64,000 bases of DNA from Roseibacillus sp. Lineage in GTDB: Bacteria > Verrucomicrobiota > Verrucomicrobiia > Verrucomicrobiales > Akkermansiaceae. This document shows positions 57,240 through 64,000 of the stretch, piece after piece (positions within the stretch are counted from its first letter, which is position 1; each line of letters starts with the position of its first letter). The notes beneath the pieces are model-generated. The model searched no databases. It had not been told where the DNA came from and worked only from the letters and a program-made list of their open reading frames with translations. The stretch covers positions 1,664,001-1,728,000 of the forward strand of contig JBPOGI010000001.1 of NCBI GenBank assembly GCA_051251855.1, given 5' to 3'. Both the position numbers and the translations under genes were made by a program.

Positions 57240-59497
57240 GGAACCAGTTCAACACGGAAGAACTCGTAACCAAGAGCACCCAAATCGAGTTCGCTCTCAG
57301 AAATGGTAAAGCGATTTGCCCCATCATCGGAAGTGGTCACCGCAGTAAAGCCTCCTGCCAAGTCAGTAGCTCCTGTGACAATCTTTCCAGCAACGCCTCC
57401 TTCAACCTCGATGAAAAAGTCGCCATTACTCTCAAAGCCACAGCTCGTGATCACCAGCTCAACAGGCTCAACCTCGTTAGCCGGAAGACCAAAGAGGGTG
57501 AACCTCAGATTACTATTCGTGGTGAACGCTCCCGAGCCATCGCTCCGGACCCGCAGCCCTGTTCCAAAACCATTCTGAGCCTTGAGTCGCAGTGCAGCCG
57601 TGCTTTGCATACGAACCGCTAAACTTGTGCCCGCGCTCGTGAAGGTGATGGGTTCCTCAAAGGCAAAGTAAGAAACTCCCGTGGACCCTGAAGGGCTCAA
57701 CGTTCCGCGTGCAACGCCGACTAGTGTCTCGCAGTCAACGCCATCGAAGTCATCATCAGCGTCGGCGGCCGCAGGGTCATAAAATTCGAAAGAGATATCA
57801 CCTTGCCCGTTTCCACCTCCAGTGACGACCCAAGCGATTCCTGTAATCTCAACTTCAGTTCCTGCCTGAGGAAACAAGCCCGGAAAGAGGGTCGTAAAAT
57901 TCGGTCGCCCAAAGCCAAAGGTCAGATCGGCACCACCTTGAGCCGCTTCGTTGAGAATCGCCGTTGCCAGCGCGTCAGGGTCGCTTGCAACCGGACGGAT
58001 GGGCAAGGCATCCGCTGGCCCAACCACTCCGAAATTCATAATGGGAGTCAGACCGAGAGGTGCCGGGTTGATACCGTCTCCTGGGAACTCACTCACATCG
58101 TCCGGATTCGTGCCATAGAAGAGAACCTCTTCGGCATCAGTAAAGGTATCGCTGTCGAAGTCATCGTTGAGGAACGGATCAAGGCCATTGGCCAACTCGT
58201 AGGAGTCCGACAATCCGTCATTATCGGTATCGCGGTTTACGGGATTCAAGAATCCTGACAATCCGGTGGAATCAAATTCAAAACGGTCACTCAGTTTATC
58301 GTTATCAGTATCACTATCGTTGGGGTCTGTGCTTTGAAACCCGCCATTAAACTCGTCGATATTGAGGAGCATGTCCAAGTCGGGATCGTCTTGAGACTCA
58401 TCGCTGTTGATAGGGTCAAAACCGTTATCAACCTCCCACCCGTCGAAGAGGCCGTCCCCATCGGTATCAGATTCGGTTGCATCGGTTTCTGTCGCTTCGA
58501 CCACGCCGTTCCTATTGACATCTTCTTCAGCATCGGTGAGCCCGTCTCCGTCAGAGTCCGCACTGTTAGGATCCGTCAGCATTGTCAAAACTTCGACTCC
58601 ATCCAGAATCCCATCATTGTCAGAATCGTCATTATCAGGGTCCGTCTCTTCGTTGAAGAAGGCCGAGTTGAGAGAGCCAAATACCTCATCCTTATCTCCA
58701 AGATTGTCTCCATCTGTGTCGGTTAAAAGAGGGTTCGAAGTAAAGCCTGTGAAAAGGTCACCAAACACCTCATCACCATCTTCCAAGTCATCGCCATCTG
58801 TATCGGGATTATTCGGATCTGTTCCCGTATTTGACGCATTCACATAAATCCCGGTATTTGTCTCGAATTCGTCGAGAATACCATCGTCGTCGGTATCCAC
58901 ATTCCCGGCAATAAAAGGAGTAGAAGTTCCCGCGATGGTAAACTTGGGACCATTAAAAGTTTCCATCGAGAGTGCTGCAGCTTTGAATCGGACCGAACCT
59001 GCCCCAGCACTGTTAGAGGGAACAACTTCGATTCGGAAGCGGCCTTGGGAATTCGGCATCGGATCTGGTATCACTGCCGAGAAAGGGGCATCGAAGACAA
59101 CATAGTATTCTCCCGCACCGTCATGAGTATAGTTCACGGTTTCCTCCCCAATAAAGAGGTCATCAAATGTATTGAGAGTATTGTCTGCTCCGAGATATCT
59201 CAGTCTCACTGTGAGTTCGGTCGCATCATTAGCTCCCGCAGTTCCCGAGGTCGCAAATGCGAAGCCAGTGATTTCGACAGTCGAACCATCAGCACCCACA
59301 TTTAATGCTGCAAGATTCCGATTTGCGGCAAATTGAGCCGGCTGATTCGTGGTGACATCGCTCCCTCCCGTAGCCGCATCATCGACAAAAAAGTCTGTTC
59401 CGAGACTAGCAGTTGCATCCCCTTTCACAAAACTGGAAGCGCAAGCGAAGCCACTCAGCAGGCTGGTGGTAATAAATATTGAATTAGCTATTTTCAT
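57236..59497 (-). CDS. Secreted protein: unnamed beta-domain, about ten Ca-binding TSP3-like repeats, second beta-domain copy, FFR-type C-terminal domain
   Basis: Signal peptide; D[TS]DxDxxxDxxE repeats; ends EFFRVELVP. Confidence 0.85.
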   Translation of the reverse strand: MKIANSIFITTSLLSGFACASSFVKGDATASLGTDFFVDDAATGGSDVTTNQPAQFAANRNLAALNVGADGSTVEITGFAFATSGTAGANDATELTVRLRYLGADNTLNTFDDLFIGEETVNYTHDGAGEYYVVFDAPFSAVIPDPMPNSQGRFRIEVVPSNSAGAGSVRFKAAALSMETFNGPKFTIAGTSTPFIAGNVDTDDDGILDEFETNTGIYVNASNTGTDPNNPDTDGDDLEDGDEVFGDLFTGFTSNPLLTDTDGDNLGDKDEVFGSLNSAFFNEETDPDNDDSDNDGILDGVEVLTMLTDPNSADSDGDGLTDAEEDVNRNGVVEATETDATESDTDGDGLFDGWEVDNGFDPINSDESQDDPDLDMLLNIDEFNGGFQSTDPNDSDTDNDKLSDRFEFDSTGLSGFLNPVNRDTDNDGLSDSYELANGLDPFLNDDFDSDTFTDAEEVLFYGTNPDDVSEFPGDGINPAPLGLTPIMNFGVVGPADALPIRPVASDPDALATAILNEAAQGGADLTFGFGRPNFTTLFPGLFPQAGTEVEITGIAWVVTGGGNGQGDISFEFYDPAAADADDDFDGVDCETLVGVARGTLSPSGSTGVSYFAFEEPITFTSAGTSLAVRMQSTAALRLKAQNGFGTGLRVRSDGSGAFTTNSNLRFTLFGLPANEVEPVELVITSCGFESNGDFFIEVEGGVAGKIVTGATDLAGGFTAVTTSDDGANRFTISESELDLGALGYEFFRVELVP
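58100..58900 (-). repeat. About ten DxDxDGxxDxxE calcium-binding peptide repeats
   Basis: DTDDDGILDEFE, DTDGDDLEDGDE, DTDGDNLGDKDE, DSDNDGILDGVE, DSDGDGLTDAEE, DTDGDGLFDGWE, DPDLDMLLNIDE, DTDNDKLSDRFE, DTDNDGLSDSYE, DFDSDTFTDAEE. Confidence 0.85.
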
Positions 59498-59508
59498 GGT
59501 TTTTGGTC

Positions 59509-62500
59509 CTATCGTTGGTTGAAGCGCATCCGGAAGAATTCACGTTCCTCGTTAAGATCCGGCTCGATGGAAAGGCGGTAGCGGCCACCACCCAGAGACT
59601 CGACGAGCACCGAGTCATCTTGGTTAAAATCCTCTAAATTCGTTGCACGCTCGGGAGTTGGCGAGAAAGGCCCCTCTGCAGACATGTCCAGAGAAAGCCC
59701 TAGCAGCCCAGTGCTCTGACTGAAAAAATCAAGCATGGAGCCAGAAAACCCAACCTCCCCTGGACGAAGACTCGTAAGCTCTCCTTCCATCGCCGATGCT
59801 CCAACCGCAAAGTGGCTCAGCCCACTCGCGTAGGACCCAGTAAGAGAGAGCGAAAGAGTTTGTTCTCCTAGCGTAAAACTCAAAACACTGGTGGAAGCGT
59901 CGAACGAAAAACTTCCCAGACTGAAATCTTCAGGGAGGGCTATAAGAGGCAACGACTGCGAACCTCCCGTTTTTCCCTCCATGAGAGAAACCTCGTTATT
60001 TCCGAAATCAACCACCGCTTGAATCAAGTTCGAGCGGGACGAGGAATCCCCGATTGCATAGACAAGTTTTGCATGACCAGCATTGTTCTCTTCAGTTGCA
60101 CGCAGGAAGAAATTAAAGTCCCAGTCTACAGTCATTGACTGCGTCTCACGGAAGGGCCCAGACAAGAAAACAGGCGAAGATGAATTCGTCCTCAGTCGAT
60201 AACCACCTGGAATCGCCGTCCGTTCCAATCCCGCATCTAACTCTACGCCGCCGCTTCCGTAGAGGGGCACTGTTGTCCGCGCATCCCATGCCAAAAAACG
60301 CTCCTTCAATTCCTCAAAAACATCGGGATTGGCTCCCGCAACATTCGTCGTTTCTCCGATATCACTTTCTAAATCATAGAGAACAGGATTGAAGCCAGGG
60401 TCGCTGTTGAAGAGCTTCCACTTCCCTTTCCTAAGCGCTGAACCACCGCCCGTCGAGCCACTGGCACGAAACGGAATCACCCGTTCATCAGGCAGCGCCT
60501 CCCCCCCATTCAAGAGTGGCATCAAATCCAAACCATCCAAACCGTTGCGGGCGACCGCTGGAGCTCCCCCCGCATTCACGAACGTCGCCATAAAATCTAG
60601 CGAGCTTACGGGAGTATCAATCACTTGATTTCCTGGCATTCCACCAGTCCACTGAATCGCACAAGGAACCCGAATCGAGCCTTCCTGCATGCTGCCACTC
60701 TTCTTTCCCTTCAAAGGAAGGTTATAAGAGTAATTCCCACCAAATCCGGTCACCCATTCCGCGCCACCGTTATCCGTCATGTAGACAAAGATGGTGTTAT
60801 TGGTCAGGCCTTCGGCTTCCACCTTATCGACCACTTTACCAATGTTCTCATCCAAAGCCAAAGTCATCGCAGCTAGCTCGTATCGATTAGCATCGACTGT
60901 CGCTTGATTGGAATTGGCAAAGACTCGTGGCGAATTCAAATAGTCTGCGGCCGTCAAACCAAATTCATTCTGTAATCGAGCGAAGCGCGCATCTGCGGAC
61001 TGAATATCCATCGGGCCGTGGACCGCAGTGAATGACATGTAGATGTAAAAGGGCTGCCCCGCATGGTTCTGCAAATGCTCGTCGATAAAATCAACACTAC
61101 TATCCCCAATTCGATCGGTGAGATAACTTCCATCCTCATCGCTAAAAACGGGCGTCATTTGGTCTTGAAAAATCCGACTCTCATCCGAGTTATTGTAGTA
61201 ACTTCGACTCCCTGACCACATTCCATACCAGCGATCGAATCCACGGACATTAGGATGATACTCCACAGTATCTCCCAAGTGCCACTTCCCTACCCCGTAG
61301 GTCCGATAGCCCAACCCTTGCAAACGACGCGGGATGGTTTGCACCCCCACAGTGAGCCCATTATGGCTGGCTCCACTCAGGTTGTTATCAGTTCCAATGC
61401 GCTGCTGGTGTATACCGCTCAAAATCCCGCAGCGCGAAGGATGGCAGACCCCCGCAATGGCATAAGCGTCAGTGAAACGAGCCCCTTTGGTAGCAATCTG
61501 TTGCAGCTCCGGCATCGGATATTTCGCCGCCCAAGTGGGATGTCCATTGAGCTGAATGTCCGAGTAGCCTTGGTCGTCCGAAAAGATAAAGATAATATTA
61601 GGAGGAGTGGAGACCGTCGACCAATTCTCCAAAGCGGTCAGGACAATCTCAAACTGACCACTGGTGGGAACATCGTAGTCCACTCGAAATCGATTCGGCC
61701 CCCAACTGAACTCTTGTCCATTGCGAGCATTTCCAAACTGGCCATCACGACTCCCATATCGAATCAAGGAAATGGTGCTACCAACAATGTGAGTATATCC
61801 CGCGTCGAACGTCAAATCGAGCGCGCAACGATTCAGGATCAAAGCCCCCTCGGCTACCACCGCTGGTGAGCCCCCCGGATTGTGGAAACGCATCATGGAT
61901 CCCCCTCGTTCGAAGGCTCCCATCGTCAGGTCTCCAGCGACCTCGAAGGCACCGCCCGCAATCGTCACCGAACCATCACAAGACTCCACACTTGTTCCAA
62001 AATTTGCATTCCCTTCCACGGAGAGCGTGCCCCCATTCACCTCTACAAAAGAGTCGTTCGCACTCACATTGCGGCCTACCACCAAGTCGCCGCCCACATT
62101 GAGGGTCCCCGACTCCACCACCAGCGTCCCTTGCCCGTCCGCAGTCCCGTCGATTCCCAAGTTCAAAACACCAACTCGCTCATCGGCTGGAATCCCCCGA
62201 TAAGCCACCCTGCGATACTCACCGACTAACACCTGGTCCTCATCACCCAGATCACCCGACGCCGTCCCCCCTGGCACTTCCCAGCTAATTTCATCCCAAA
62301 AGCCACTGGCGGTTGCGGTGTTGGAAACCGGGGGCGTTTCCCCACCAGAGGAAGAGCCAGCCAGGCTCAACTTTACAGCCCCTTGACCTGTGCTCCCTGA
62401 AGGCGAAGTTTTACGCCTGATATTCCCATTAGAAGTGATCGAAATCCGGAGTGAACCACCACCAGCTGTGAAGCTCAAATTGTTGTCAAAAATCCAAAGA

Positions 62501-62859
62501 TATTCTCCCGCTCCCGAGAAAACGAGGTCATCTGAATAAGAGCCGAGCACGACATCATCAGCGGTTCCTACGGCTTCATCCGCACCAAGGTCAGTAAAGG
62601 TCACTGTCGCTTCCGTTGCCGCTGTTCCAGACCCCGACGATGCCCATGCCAACCCCGTCAAGTTCACCATCGCACCTGTAGTCCAATATCCGGTGACCGT
62701 GCGATTGAAGTTGGAGGTTGTATTGTCACTTCCGCCTGTAGCGGCATCATCAAAGAAGAAGTCAGGGCCTAACAAGGCAGTGGCATCACCAGACACAATG
62801 TCGGCAGCCCCCGCCATCGTTAAAGAACCCGCGAGGGCGACGAGACAAAGTTTTTTCAC
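59509..62859 (-). CDS. Secreted multimodular formylglycine-dependent (S1) sulfatase
   Basis: PNIIFIFSDDQG, CHPSR (CxPxR), GKWHLG, RGFD, AVHGP, DNGG, EGSIRVP, YDL..DIGE; N-terminal extra modules; ends EFFRMRF. Confidence 0.92.
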   Translation of the reverse strand: MKKLCLVALAGSLTMAGAADIVSGDATALLGPDFFFDDAATGGSDNTTSNFNRTVTGYWTTGAMVNLTGLAWASSGSGTAATEATVTFTDLGADEAVGTADDVVLGSYSDDLVFSGAGEYLWIFDNNLSFTAGGGSLRISITSNGNIRRKTSPSGSTGQGAVKLSLAGSSSGGETPPVSNTATASGFWDEISWEVPGGTASGDLGDEDQVLVGEYRRVAYRGIPADERVGVLNLGIDGTADGQGTLVVESGTLNVGGDLVVGRNVSANDSFVEVNGGTLSVEGNANFGTSVESCDGSVTIAGGAFEVAGDLTMGAFERGGSMMRFHNPGGSPAVVAEGALILNRCALDLTFDAGYTHIVGSTISLIRYGSRDGQFGNARNGQEFSWGPNRFRVDYDVPTSGQFEIVLTALENWSTVSTPPNIIFIFSDDQGYSDIQLNGHPTWAAKYPMPELQQIATKGARFTDAYAIAGVCHPSRCGILSGIHQQRIGTDNNLSGASHNGLTVGVQTIPRRLQGLGYRTYGVGKWHLGDTVEYHPNVRGFDRWYGMWSGSRSYYNNSDESRIFQDQMTPVFSDEDGSYLTDRIGDSSVDFIDEHLQNHAGQPFYIYMSFTAVHGPMDIQSADARFARLQNEFGLTAADYLNSPRVFANSNQATVDANRYELAAMTLALDENIGKVVDKVEAEGLTNNTIFVYMTDNGGAEWVTGFGGNYSYNLPLKGKKSGSMQEGSIRVPCAIQWTGGMPGNQVIDTPVSSLDFMATFVNAGGAPAVARNGLDGLDLMPLLNGGEALPDERVIPFRASGSTGGGSALRKGKWKLFNSDPGFNPVLYDLESDIGETTNVAGANPDVFEELKERFLAWDARTTVPLYGSGGVELDAGLERTAIPGGYRLRTNSSSPVFLSGPFRETQSMTVDWDFNFFLRATEENNAGHAKLVYAIGDSSSRSNLIQAVVDFGNNEVSLMEGKTGGSQSLPLIALPEDFSLGSFSFDASTSVLSFTLGEQTLSLSLTGSYASGLSHFAVGASAMEGELTSLRPGEVGFSGSMLDFFSQSTGLLGLSLDMSAEGPFSPTPERATNLEDFNQDDSVLVESLGGGRYRLSIEPDLNEEREFFRMRFNQR

Positions 62860-62869
62860 GAGGACAAGA

Positions 62870-63577
62870 TTAACGGCGGCGGCGTAGAAGTGACAAAAGA
62901 CCCATTCCGCCCAACAAAGCCACCGTCGGCTCGGGAACAGGAGTCACTAGGCCTGCAACACTCAAACTCATCTGATAACCAGTTCTCGTGTTGCCATTGC
63001 CAGTATTCTCGGCCTCGGCACCAGTACCAGTAGGACCAGTCTTTAAGCGAAGAGCTGCCGTATTCGCGATACTGAAACCAAAGCCATTGGAATCTGCGAC
63101 CCAAGAAATCGGAGTATCAAAGTTGACGTAGTATTCGTCGACGCCTGCGGCCTCGCTTGCAAAAGTCGTTGCGACCGAACCGAAGATGGTAGAATCGCCG
63201 GTATCGTAGTCGTCATTAATACCTAAGCTCCGAAACGAAATGGTCATGGTTCCGTTCTGGGTATTATTGGTTGCGTTATTATTGTTGGACCAAAAAGGCA
63301 ACGCGACCCCCGTAATCTCTACGGTATCACCAATTGTCCAATTCCCCCCGCTTTGAACTTCCCAAATGTGGGCAGAAGCATTTCCTCCGTCAAACCGCAG
63401 ATCGTTACCGCCGGAAGTGGCCAGGTCCATGAACAGAGTCTCACCCGATGGTGCGAGGTCAGCACTACCAATCGTATAACCTTTGACCCAAGTCGCTGAT
63501 TGGACACTCCCTGCCGCGAGGCCAAAAAGAAGGAGAGAGAGATTTTGAGGTTTTTTGTAAATGAATGCCATCATCAC
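62870..63577 (-). CDS. PEP-CTERM surface protein
   Basis: Signal peptide; C-terminal VPEPTVALLGGMGLLSLLRRRR. Confidence 0.93.
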   Translation of the reverse strand: MMMAFIYKKPQNLSLLLFGLAAGSVQSATWVKGYTIGSADLAPSGETLFMDLATSGGNDLRFDGGNASAHIWEVQSGGNWTIGDTVEITGVALPFWSNNNNATNNTQNGTMTISFRSLGINDDYDTGDSTIFGSVATTFASEAAGVDEYYVNFDTPISWVADSNGFGFSIANTAALRLKTGPTGTGAEAENTGNGNTRTGYQMSLSVAGLVTPVPEPTVALLGGMGLLSLLRRRR

Positions 63578-63634
63578 CTACCTACAGAACCTCATAGAGA
63601 AACGTTAACCGCAAAAATCTCTTTTTGCCAAAAA

Positions 63635-64000
63635 TCAATTTTCCAGGTCCAATCCTGAGTCGGCTAACCGCCCTTCATAGAGAGCGCAAACCCCAATACT
63701 ATCGACGATTCCTTCCGCAATAATCACCTCATCAATGAGGCCGGCAAAGCTCGCCAACTCCCAAGGAGATTCTTCAATCGCTCGCATAAAGCGTCCAATC
63801 ATCAAAGGCTCGGAACCCGGATCTGTCGTGACCGTATTGAAGGTGTCGAGACTCGCCATCTTTCCATCCATGGGAACCCGTGGCGTCATTTCCTCCGGCA
63901 CACCATCAATATAGAGCTGCGTCACAGGCCAAGCCCCCTTCTTGTAATCCCCCGTAACAATGACGACATGATGCCAGGAACCTCCATCTAATACACTGAC
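63635..64000 (-). CDS. C-terminal part of a LamG-like jellyroll protein (5' end outside the window)
   Basis: Frame open to the window edge: DGGSWHHVVIV...QLYIDG...IGR...FAGLIDEV. Confidence 0.8.
   Translation of the reverse strand, partial: VSVLDGGSWHHVVIVTGDYKKGAWPVTQLYIDGVPEEMTPRVPMDGKMASLDTFNTVTTDPGSEPLMIGRFMRAIEESPWELASFAGLIDEVIIAEGIVDSIGVCALYEGRLADSGLDLEN

Noticed and set aside
58100..58900. CRISPR-like or DNA tandem repeat
   Set aside because: Repetition is at protein level inside an ORF; no identical DNA repeats and no cas genes

Overview
Gene-dense chromosomal window, almost certainly from a Verrucomicrobiota (Verrucomicrobiales-like) bacterium. This is inferred from a PEP-CTERM protein, a Minf_1886-type protein, an SHD1 protein, a secreted FGly-sulfatase and FFR-type C-terminal tails. 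About 57 kb is core housekeeping: UvrD helicase, pqiABC, rpsT, dnaX-ybaB, hrpB, holB, fabH, an ECF sigma/anti-sigma pair, dciA, hemQ, thiD, ispH, aroB, purL, mfd, purC, skp-skp-lpxD and panC. The last ~7 kb is one end of an accessory locus of secreted proteins that probably acts on sulfated glycans. I saw no rRNA, tRNA, CRISPR array, integrase or transposase. Most notable observations: (1) a ~150-170 aa beta-rich domain I cannot name, present in four copies across three adjacent secreted proteins; (2) a HAD hydrolase fused to FolB, a candidate for the unassigned phosphatase step of folate synthesis; (3) an SH3b-like domain inserted into an alanine/glycine symporter; (4) an apparently catalytically dead HtrA-PDZ protein behind the ECF sigma/anti-sigma pair; (5) a REP-like hairpin lying in frame inside purL; (6) extreme, block-wise C-over-G skew. 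All calls come from reading motifs by eye; no database searches were run, so novelty is unverified.
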